NCBI GenBank assembly: GCA_051294375.1
Contig: CM119265.1
Coordinates: 14,334,414-14,398,413, forward strand
Direction: 5' to 3'
Origin: Paraspadella gotoi
Taxonomy: Eukaryota > Animalia > Chaetognatha
Length of the DNA: 64,000 nucleotides
Of this stretch, positions 41,401 to 53,400 are shown piece after piece (positions within the stretch are counted from its first letter, which is position 1; each line of letters opens with the position of its first letter). Position numbers and translations under genes: made by a program. A model generated the notes under the pieces. That model was not told the origin of the DNA and made no database searches. It was given only the letters and a program-made list of their open reading frames with translations.

Positions 41401-44400
41401 CCGCGGAATGTTTCGGTCCCTTTTTGTAAATTTTTTTTTTGGGATTAAACGCTTAGGTGCTTCCTTTTATCGGCTGCCCGTTGCTGACTCCAGCAACTAT
41501 AGAGAGTCGAACATGTCGCTTTCTTCTGGAAGAAAACTTTAGCGACATATGTCAAACCGTGCTTCGACTACGCAACAGCAAGAGCGCGCACGTCCACCTC
41601 ATGTTGATGGAAGTTCTTCCTCGTCTTGCAAGCTTTAAGACCGACACATACGTCAAGGTAAACTTTTTTAAAATTCGTGGTTTTGTGGCATTCTCGATCT
41701 GACCCTCGTCCCGTTTACTTGCCACAGTTTTATTATTGTTTTAACGAGTTTGGATAATCTCGAAGGAGAATATGAAGCTTGAAGAATAGCAATAAAAAAT
41801 TGAGCTCTCGAATCTGATTTAAGAAACTATTTTTAAAATAAATGAATGATGCGATAATCCTTTCTTTTTCGTTGTTTATTGATATTAGAGAAAGCAAAGA
41901 ATTTTGAATTTTTAACAACGATTTTTAATTAATAGTTGGACATGTTTCGGCTTGTTTGCTTCAAGCCTTCATCATATGAATGATGCGATAATCCTTTCTT
42001 TTTCGTTGTTTATTGAAAAATTCAAAATTCTTTGCTTTCTCTAAAATGAATGAATGAATCTTTACTAACTTAGCTCACCGACAAAAGAAAAAACTGTGAA
42101 TTTAAAGGAATAATGTTTTTGTGGTATTTTTAGAAAAAATTCTTATAAAACATCAACAATATTTGTGGTAGTTTCCTCTCGGTTTCACTTCCTCTTCTAC
42201 GCGGAAACGCCGAGCTTTGCATTCTTCGATGACCGCGACGCTGTAGTCCTTTCTCTGATCTCTATTCATCACCTGACCAACGGAGCAAAGCTCATGTTTG
42301 CCAATTAAAAAGTTGAGGAAATATTTTTTTCGATCTAACCTTTTCGTCCTGTTTGTCTTCATGGGCTTCGGTAACGACGAATTGATCCTCCGTCAGATTG
42401 GCATCCGCTTCTTCGCGAGCCCTAGCGGCTGCGTTTTGCCACCTTTTTTATCGATCGAATAAATAGTTGTTGAAACTATGCCAATAACGACAAAAAAACG
42501 CTTTTGCAATACGTGATTCTTGGATTGGGGTAGATGGCGTTCTCAGAATATTCTTGAAAAGAGTGATTAATCGTGTGTTGCACGCCCTCCTCAGAACCGA
42601 GTCGCTCCGAAGCTAATTTCCACTTAAGCTCTGGCTCTTGAGATTTTAGAGCCAGCAAGTCGTCCAACTGAGAGTCGACCTGTTTTTGTTCAAGAAGTTA
42701 AAGAAACCGTTGGCGATATGCTTAAGAGTAAATATAGAAAAGTTAGGACTTTTTTATACAGAAAAAAACAGGTCATGACCGTAGACTTAACTGGACATAA
42801 AATATAAAGAGAAAGAAAGAAAAAGAAATAAAGAAAGAGAGGAAGGAAGGAGAGAGAGAGAGAAAGTGTGAGTGTGTGTTCACGGCCAGAATCCTCGGCC
42901 AAAACGGTGGATCTGCAAAGTGGCTTCGCCACAAAGTATAATTTATTTTTGAAATTGGAACGGCCTATAGAAAAATTATCCATTTTTTTAATAACTAATC
43001 TATCTTGCCCCTGACTTTAGGCGGGCTATGGTGACTTAAGGCCTTATAAAATTTATTTCATTATTGAATGAAAGAACGTGCCTTTTGCATTAGTAGTATA
43101 GTAGGGTGTATTTCTCCTGTCGAGTCCTGAGGTGACGAAGTGTCGACCTTTATCAAATCCTTGATGCTTTTTCTCATCTGTTCGAGCGACCCTGAAGTGG
43201 CGACTTTCGGAGGACTTAAAAATTTTTTGTTGTTTTAATATGTTTTTTACAATGAATATTAGTTTTTCATTATCACTGTTTTTCATAATTAATTTTTTAT
43301 TACTTATACAATCATGTTTTTATTTATAAAACCATATTAAGTAAAAATAATTAAAATTTTTTCAATAGAATTTTGTCAAAACAAATAAACGAAATAATTT
43401 TTTAATAATTATTAATTTTGTGATGTTTAAATTATTATTTTAGCTTTTATTAATATACTGAGTTTAAATAAAATGACACAGATGAAGAGACAGAAGTAAT
43501 TGTTATGAGTTAGTGTCGGAACCGTTCAATATATGCAGTCCCTGAGTGTTTAATCAGGATGTAACATCGTGTTACAGGCGGGTTAAGCGCCTCGTCCGTC
43601 TTAACGGCAAGGCGGCCACCGGGTAAGAACCCCGGACCTTTGTGTTGGGAGGCGAATGACTTGCTTTCAGCACTAATTGCCGCTGATAAACGGTGGATTT
43701 TAGTCCACCATTCAGATTTTGTGATGATTGTCCCCAAAAATTATAGATCACCTTTTTTAATATTATTTGTATATGTATGAAGCTAAAAATTTAGATATAT
43801 ATTCTCATCATCAAGGTCCATGAAAACTGATGAAGTGATATACCAAATGTTTTGTTTACATTTTATAAACAAAATAATGTTTTTGTAATATTAAAATTAT
43901 AGTATAGTATAGGAAAAATTCTTTTTCTCAGTTGCTGCCTCTTCTGATTGGTCCAAAAACGAGTTGAGGTTGGCAGCGTCTGAGCTGAAAGTAAAATGTC
44001 TGTCTCTCTTTCTCTCTGTTTTTTTTTTTTTTTTTAAATTATCATTAACATCGAACGCGTGATTTTAAATATCGCGGTCGTGCATGTTATCATTTTATCA
44101 TCTTTTTCCTTTTTTTCTCTTTTTTTCTCGCACATTTATTTATTCAATTTCTTCAATTAAATTAAATCAATTAAATTCGTTCAGTTTAATTAATTCAATT
44201 ATTTTTAAATTTATTCACTCAATGCATTTATTTATTATTTAACTCTTTCATTAATTTAAAATAGATAAATTTAAATTTCATGTATTCATTCATTTTATTT
44301 ATTTATATTCATATATTTATTTATTTATTTTTTATATATGTCTAATGCCAAGTTTGTTATGATTTTTTGAGTATCAATGTTTGTCATGGGTCTCAAATTT

Positions 44401-47400
44401 TTTTATGCGATTGTGACGATCCTTATACTTTAAGATTTTTTAGATTTAAATAAACATAAAATTATATACATATATAAAATATTAAAACTAAACTAATATG
44501 GTGGACTAAAATCCACCAACCGTTCATCAGCGGCCATTGGTGCCGGAGGCAAGTCATTTGCCTCCCAACCCAAAGGTCCGGGTTTCTAGCCCGATGGTCG
44601 CCTAGCAGTTAAGAGGGATGGGGCGCTTAACCCGCCTGTAACACGGTGTTACAGCCTGATCCGAAGCTCAGGGACTGCTTATATTGAACGGTTCTGTCTG
44701 TTCTGTCTGTCCCAATTTCATAACAATAATTACTGTCTCTTCACTAAGATTTAATTAAAATTTATGAAATTGGTACAACCAATATAAAAATTATCCATTC
44801 ATTTAATAAATAAGCTATCTTGCCCCTGACTTTGGACAGGCTTTGGTGGTTTAAGGCCTCCATCACTCTTACAAGATAATGACATAGCAGGTCCCTGCAA
44901 GCTTTCAATCAAGACTCTCTCACAGTCCCGTTTATTCACTCCCAGAGTACCTGGCTTCCCTATCAATGAAGTGGAAAATATTTCAAAGAATGTTTCAATT
45001 GTATGAATTGTATATTATAATATATATATATCTATTATAATACCCTCTTGAATCCATCTCTGCCTTGTTTCTCTTTTTTCCCTGTATCGGCTTCACGTCT
45101 TTGGTTTGTAAATCCCAGCTTATGCTTCTCAATGTAATATGAACCTTAAGGGTTAGTGAACATTTGACATAACTGTTAGACACAAACTCTTGTTGGACTT
45201 TTTCACTCTTGATTTCTTTTTGTAAAAGCGTTTAAAAATATAAGCAATATTTGTTTACAAACCTTTCCATTTATATTATTATGTTCTAATCATGATTATT
45301 ATAGTGATGAGCGGGGTTTTCCGTCTCTTGCTCACCTTCTTAGAACATCAATATTGCTGGCGCCAATCAAATTGAATCGCATGCATAAGGTAAGCAAATG
45401 CAAGCATTGGGAAACAATCGGAATAGGCAATGATCTCTCGATGATGGCTAATTAATATTAATACAATCTGTGTGAAAATAAATCTTGGTTATAACATAAT
45501 AATGAAATAATAACTAACTGCAATGTTTCTAAACAAATATTGTTTATATTTTAAAACGCTTTTACAAAAAGAAGTTAAGAGCGACAAAGTCCAACAAGAG
45601 AGTTTGTGCCTAAATTATTAATATAATTCAATTTTAAAGACAATTCTTTTACATCGTTAATAAGGTTGGCCGCGTTATATTTGTCGTGCTCTTGATCGGT
45701 TTCAGTAAGACGCCACTTTTCAATTTCTCGATGCTTCTCCTGACCCTCGTCATCGTAGGCGATGATGTCATTAGAATACCCGGACACGAGAGCGTCGCGC
45801 ATTTCGCGTAGTTGGTCACGTTTACGAACCAGGAGCATATGCTTGTTCTGCAATTTTCCTGTAATGAGAAATTTTTGTTCGAGACAAAAGATGTTTTAAT
45901 TCATTTTAAATTTAGGTATTTCTACCTTTGGTACTTTGTAAAAAAAGTGTGATGTCCTTCTGTTCTTTTAGCCCATAAATTATTTCTTCTACAGACAAGG
46001 CTAAAAAGAATTAGTTATTCAATTTATAGATGGTTTAGATCATTTTCAACTTTTATTGAAGTACTAAAGCTATAAATATATATTTTTAAAATTAAACGAG
46101 GTCACAATTTTGTAAAAGTATATTTGAAATTTAAAAAATAGAGCCATAATAACTACCTCCTGTCATCGATTGGAGAGTTTTCAATGCTTGGTGCATGCTC
46201 TTTTCTAATTCGTCCTTTTTGTCTTCATATTTCATTCTTATTATTCTGTTAAAATATATTAGAAATATCGAAATTAATTATATAGTTCACTAATTAAAAC
46301 ATAATACTTTTTCCGTACTTGTAGGCCAATTTTCTGAGCTTTGGTCCACTTATTGCCTCTGGTCCGTGAGCTTTGTCTTTTATGGTTTTTTTACCTTTTC
46401 CCATCATCGTCGTGAGAGCTTTTCGAGCTCTTTCTTGTTCTTCCCGATCCAGTCCTACAAGACTCAGTTACCTTAATCATTTTACCTCGTTTTTATCTCG
46501 CCTGTCTTGTGCGAGATTTAGGTTTACTTGAGTTTCTTAGTATCGTCGTCGTTGTCATTATTATCACGCTTCTTTACAATTGGATATCGTAAAAGTGTGT
46601 AAATGTAGGAAGCTAAAAAATTAAATACGGTTTCTGATCATTAAGATCTTTTAAAATGATATAAATAAATTTTATTTGGATACAAGTATTTTTTGTTTAA
46701 ATTCCCTTCACATTATTAATAACGGTAATATACAATTTAAAATATAGTATAATATATAGTTCAATTCAATTAATTCAATTTATATTTGAAAAATTATTTA
46801 TTCAATGCTTTCATTTATTTAAATTAAACAATTTAAATTTAATTCATTCATTGATTTCATTTCATTTTTTTTATTCATTCATTCATTCATTCATCAATAA
46901 TTCTTTTTTATCGCATCAATAATTCTTTTTCATAGCATCAATAATTCGTTATCATCGCATCAATAATTCATTATCATCGCATCAATATTTTTTTATAATC
47001 TTATCAATCAATCTTTCGTTATCATCCCATCAATCAATCTTTCGTTATCATCCCATCAATCAATCTTTCGTTATCATCCTATCAATCAATCGTTCGTTAT
47101 TATCCCATCAATCAATCTTTCGTTATCATTGCATCAATAAATATTTCGTTATCATTTCATCAATCAGTCGTTATCATCGCATCAATCATTCGTTTTTCGT
47201 TTTATAAATATTGAGCGATGGATCATTGTGCTTATAAGATTTTTTCATTAATTTTCTTTGTCTGGCGAGATCTCTAAACTTTTAAGATTTTTATTTTATA
47301 TTTTTTTCTCATACCTTCTATTCTGTCGAGGAGATCTTGTGGCATTTTTTCTTTGTGAATTTTCCCTTGAATATTCAATTTCTGTTTCTCAAACTCTCTA

Positions 47401-50400
47401 CGATTTGACAAAGTTTCTGACATCATTTCCTCTGATGCTTTAAATGATTCGTCTCGGAGGTTTGTAGCTTGCACCTTAATTATTTTTCTAATTTGTTAGT
47501 TTAAAGTATAGGTTAAAATAAGATTTATTTTTATTACCTTGATTGTGTACAATTCCCATCGCTCTCTCATAAGCCTGTTTGCTGCTTCCTCCAATCTGTC
47601 GATTTTTCGCAGAAGCAGAACGTTTCCTTTTCTTACAATATATCTGTTAAAATTTTTTTATAAAAAATAAATGAACATTAAATTAAAATAAATGAACATT
47701 AACATTATATTTAATTACTGGCATCTTTTGTAGTGATTTCGGATATTTTCGCTATGTTCAAGCTGCATGCTAAGAAGCTCGTTTTGGTATGTTTTCCGTT
47801 TTATCTGTGATTATACAACACGCATTGATGTTGATGTAAGTGACGTATAAATTCTCTTTAATAAATACCTCTCTCCAAATGGGGTCTTTATTGATAGCTG
47901 TGGTAAAAGCAGTGTATACTTCTATCATGTGCTCCAACTCTTTCTCTTGTTCGTCAACTTTTTTTTGTTTTTTTGCTGTTTGGGATTTAATATTGTCAAG
48001 ACGTTTCTTGAGACCAAGCACATCGTTATCGAGGACTGGTGTAGACCACTTCGCTGAATGGTTTCTGTAAAAAATTTTTAAATGTAAGTTTGTTAATTGT
48101 ATGTTCTTATTTTCTTTCTATTGTAATTATTTTTTTTCAGTAACTATTTAAACTTTTTAATTATTTTTAATAAATTCAAAAGTTAATATTTTATGTAAAC
48201 CGAAAATGTTGACTGGATCTTTTCCATGGTGGGAAAACTATGTCCTTCAAGTGAACTTCTTCTTCCACTTCCAAGTAGTCTTCTCTTTTTTTCTTTATTT
48301 CATAACGTAATTTCCTGACGTGAAGGCCACTGTTTTGTACCTCTTTTTCCCCTGAATTTTGGCAAATACAAGATATTTACTTTCTTGTGAAGTTCGAAGC
48401 CGGTTATTTTAGTGAATTATAAAATGTAAAGTATAAAATAATATTCCTTTATTCGAATTCCTAAATCAATAACAAAGTGAAGCATATAGTCCTATGCAAA
48501 AAAAAAGATCACTCTTAAATCTTAAGTTTTATGCTTATGTTATTACAAATTATAAAATAGTAAATACATATAGATTTTGTCGTGCAAGTTAAAAAAAATT
48601 GGTCCAGCCATTCAAGAAGTATGTCACCCGAAAGATGAGTGGTCAAAAACAAAATGGGGGGGGGGAACATTTTTGATCTGTAAAAAAAACCAAAGCTTGT
48701 TTTTAACCCTTATTTACGGGTATTATGGTGTAGAATTCATACGTGTTAGTTAAAAGAAAATCGATCTAGTCAGTTAAGTGCGATGATAACCATTCTGAGT
48801 AGGTTTAAAAAATTATTGCTTACAAACGGATTACCAAATTTTAGCTAAATTAGTAACAATAGTTTCTTTTTCTATAAATATCATTCAATACAATATATTT
48901 TACAGTGAAGGAATCTAGGGTGATTTATTTTTAAAAAAATTTAGGGTAGCTTCTTTTTTTTTTGTACAGAACTTTAAAAGTCACTAATTTTTTTTTTGCG
49001 CATTGCCTATTATGAAATTATTTAAAATCAACTGCCTTCATTAGCCACAGCCGATCAAATTTAAATGTATACGGCCTTAAACTAGTCTATCATTAGCATA
49101 TTACACGCCTCCGAAGAGATTAAAATTTTTAAGAACGCTAAAAATTCTACCTCTGCCTTTAACTTTTTTAGGCCGTAAACAATTAATAATAGAGACCTAA
49201 TCCCTTCACTGCATTCCAATATCTTCTCTTGATGTCCGCCTTTCCCTTGACAACGTCTATCTCTTCCTCTCCTGTCCAATCGCGCACGGTCGTTTCTTTT
49301 CTCGGCTTCAGATTTCGCTTTACTGGCACTATTTCCTCGGTCGAATCTGGGGCCATAGATTTCCGTGCTGGATCGTAGGTGGACTTAAGGGGGGAGGGGG
49401 AAGCGTGCGCTCGCCCTTCATTGGAAACGTGTATGGCGATATTTAGAATTAACTTACCATTTTACGGTCGTCGAAATTTGCGCTCATTCCCTTTGTTGGG
49501 CGCGATGAATTTCTCGAACTGTGAGCTCTGTTTTTCGATGGGGACCTTGAGCGACGTCCCCCTTGAGCAAATCGCATCGGTGAGGTTAGTCTCATCAACG
49601 GATAGCGCATCTTGGCCTTGAGAGATTCGTAAACCGCCTCTCGTGAATCAGAAGTTGGCGGATAGCGTCGTCGCAAAGGAAAAGTTGGAAGAGATTCGCG
49701 AACGCTCGTATTGGAGATTGGAGTCTTCGTTATTATACGCGTCGTTTTCGAGGCCATTGTCCGTTCCTGTCTTAAACTCGGCAAAACTGCGCCAGTCATT
49801 AAAGACATGGCGTCTCACAGTCCAGAGTTTTCACCCAGTATCAATGCTTAAAACAAACAAGTTTGTTATGTAATTTTATCTTTGTAGAAAGCGTTTCAGA
49901 ATAGTGAACACGATTTAGTTTCCGTGTGTTTTAGTGTTTAAAAGTAGGTAATCGAAATTAGTAAAGATTCCGATAATTAAATAAAAATTTGTCAGCTATT
50001 ATACAGTAGAAAGCAGTTTGTTTTGACTGTCATTTTCTTGTAAATTTGCTAAACATGATATTTCATCTGTTTCAGAAATTTTCCAGCGAGACCATGACGT
50101 ACTTAATCGGCTGTTTGCGACGTGATCGAGAGCGGCCAGCTGCCTTCCGTGCGGTCGGCTTATATGCCATCGCTGTGAAGGCCGAAATCAAACGGCATCT
50201 CCCAAACGTCATGTCAGTCATAAGGGCTTCTCTGCCGACCAGAGAGGCCATTGCCAAAAAATCCCGCGGGGGAACAGCTCACGTTGTCATGGATCCTTCA
50301 GGTATTAAAAAAACATTCACGGAAATCCTAGTATTAGTCATGTAATTTTACCACCCTTGAAATAAAAAGCGTGCTATAGTTTCATTAATCTTCACAGTCA

Positions 50401-53400
50401 CCTCAGCCTAACATTTTCAACCCTCGTACGATATGATATTTATATTCGCTTCAGTCTTCAGCTGCATCAGCATGATCGCTCGAGCGTTGAAGTCGGAAAT
50501 CGCTTCTGATATGAAGGATCTTATCGATCCCATGCTTGCCACCGGTTTGAGTCCAGCCCTCACATCCGCACTCCGTCAACTAGCGGACGAGGTCCCCTCC
50601 GTCGCGAAGGATATTCAAGTATGCAACAAGCGATTTCGCTGGTTTTAGCACATTTTAGCATCGAAGGAAAAACGATGTTAGAATGAGAATTGAAAAGTAA
50701 AATTGATACTTCAGGACGGTCTCTTGAAGATGCTTTCACTACTTTTGATGAACCGTCCGTTGCTTCATCCTGGAGCTCCGAAGCATCACCAGGCCTTGGC
50801 TTTGCCTCCTTCAAGTTCATCATCGAATCTTCAAGACGACGTCGACGTCGGGGGACTCGTCCTTGCTCTCCGAACCCTAGGAAACTTCGACTTCGAGGGT
50901 CATTCTCTCACGCAGTTCGTCCGTCACTGCGCTGAGAAATTCTTAGCCTCAGAATTCAAGGAAGTCAGGCTCGAAGCCGTCAAGACCTGCTCAAGGCTGC
51001 TTACTCCGCTTATGCAGGTCTGGCCCTTCGTATTTTTACCTGAGCAGTGTGCATTGTCAAAGATATATTGCAAAGGGTTTAATTGTCGTTGTCTGGGTCT
51101 GATTTAAATACTTTTCTAGCTATGTTTCTTCTCTTTTTCTCTCTCTCTCTCTCTCGAATCGACGACTTTCGACGGTTTTCCCTAAGGTGGCTACCGGTAA
51201 ATCGCGCCTCCACCCCGGAGTCTTCAGTTCCGCCGCGATGCAAACTGTCTCGGAAGTTCTCAACAAACTCCTCGTGGTCGGAATCACTGATTTGGACGCA
51301 GACGTCCGCTTCGCTGTTCTCGATTCTTTCGACGAACAGTTTGATCCACATCTCGCACAAGCCGAAAACCTCGCTGCGCTGTTTGTCAGCCTTCAGGTTG
51401 TAAAGTTATTAGATTTTTTTTAGCTCGCCAGACGGAGATGTTAATTCGTTTCTGCCTCTTTTGACCGTATTCGTCGTCGTTACGCTGTTTTAACATTGAA
51501 AATAGCTGAAGTGTATAAACCATAGGCAGCTGAAAATTTTTTTTTATCGCTTTTGCGCATAAGTGGCGTCGTCGGCGTTCAAAAATATAGATCGCCTTTT
51601 TATCGAGCCGGTTCAGGCTCGATATTGATTCAGGTCAGCTTCTTTGTGACGTCGTCGTCGTCGGCACGCTGTTTTTATATAAAAACTACTACGCTTTTAT
51701 AAGTTTGGCTGGGACTTACCGTTTTTTTTTAATAAAAATTATTATGAATTATGATTTACAACAGTTTTACAAAAAGTACAAAAATAGTAAGTTAAAAATT
51801 TAGATATGGCTTTAATCATGTCTTGAAATAGCTTTGATATTTTCTTAATACATTTGGATTTAATTATTTTTTGTTGGAATTTCTACTTCATTATGATTTA
51901 CTGCAATATGCAAATGAGATTATAGTACTCATTATAATATCCAAATTAGTATATAGAAATGCTTTAATCTAATTTACATATTGCAGTATATAATATTGAA
52001 GATGAAATTCAAAAAAAAAATTTTAAATCTATAATAAAAATGGAAATCAAAGGACCTTTTTAATGAGAAGCTATATCTTAATTTTAATACAAATAAAAAT
52101 AAAATTTTTACAAGCTATGATTGGAAAAAATTGTAACAATTTCTAATTGTAAACAATTGTAACATTATTTTCCTTTCTTTTATTTTTTTAAATTATATAT
52201 ATATTTTTTTTCTTATTTTTGTCAGTTTGTCTCTTTGTCTCTTTGTTTTAATTAGCGTCTTTTGTTTTTATTAGTCTCTTTCTGTTGATTGCGTGCTTAT
52301 ATATATATTATGTATATGTGTGTTATATATATATATTGATTGTAGTTTTATTTCTATTAATAGCATTGTGGTCCCTCTGCCCATTACTTTAATTAATTAC
52401 TTTAATTACTTTACTTTAATTACTTTACTATAATTATACACTAAGCATTACGCATTAAACCTTTTTATACTTCGACTTTTTTCGTTTTTTACTTTGCTTT
52501 GCTTTGTTTCATTTTATACTTGAATTTCAATACATAGTTGAATTTTCCAGTCTTTTACACTGTTACTATTAAAAAAAAAATCAACGTTCTTGAACGTTAT
52601 ATTTTATAGTTTCTAATGAATTAGTTCATAACATTTTATTCATGAGTCCATTTAAACGTTAGTGTCTGTTTTTACTTGCTTACTGTTTTTCTAGTTTTTT
52701 ACACTGACACTGTTTCTGATTTTGTCAATACTGTTTTTGGTATTAATTAAAAAAAATATATATTTTTGTCAGTTGCTGCCTCTTCTGAACCCTTTACAAA
52801 CGAGTTCAGGCTCTGCAGTGATTGTACAACTGCCTTCCAGCGGCTGTCCAGCTTTCTCTCTCTCTGTCTCTGTCTGTCTCTTTCTTTCTCTTTCTGTTTT
52901 TCTCTGTCTCTGTCTCTCTCCCTCTCTCTGTATGATCTCTTGCGTGATCGTTTTTTGAAAAAATTTGATTTTTTTCCTTTTAAAAACTTTTATTATCGCC
53001 ATTTATTCTGCGCTTTTCTCAATGCAAAATCCCAAATTTACATCCGAGATTTTCGTGGATTTATTCTCTTTCTTTCTCTCTCTCTTTCTTTATGGGTAGG
53101 AACATGTGTGATGAAGCTGGATATAAAGTTTCGACGGAATCGTGTGAGTGGATATGAGTTTAAATGGAAAAAACATAAGTCGCATTTACTAAAATCTTTT
53201 TACTTATTTTAACCAATAAATACTCTAATTAATAATAATTGTATGGATAGATTGAGTTCAAATTTTGTGTGTGGGTAGGAAAATGTGTGACGAAGCTTGA
53301 TATAAAGTTTCGGTACGAGTGGAAATGAGTTTAAATGAAATAAATATGAGTCACATTTACTTGACTCTTTTTACTTATTTTATTTGAGATGAAATTTTGT

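Noticed and set aside
44529-44601. Functional tRNA-Gly gene
   Set aside because: The anticodon stem does not pair, the D arm is remodelled, there is no oligo-T terminator, and it is always embedded in the repeat.
43036-49080. TTAAGGCC...GGCCTTAA as termini of a 6-kb transposon carrying the nested gene
   Set aside because: The match is short, the left copy belongs to another repeat, and nested-gene exons continue outside both ends.
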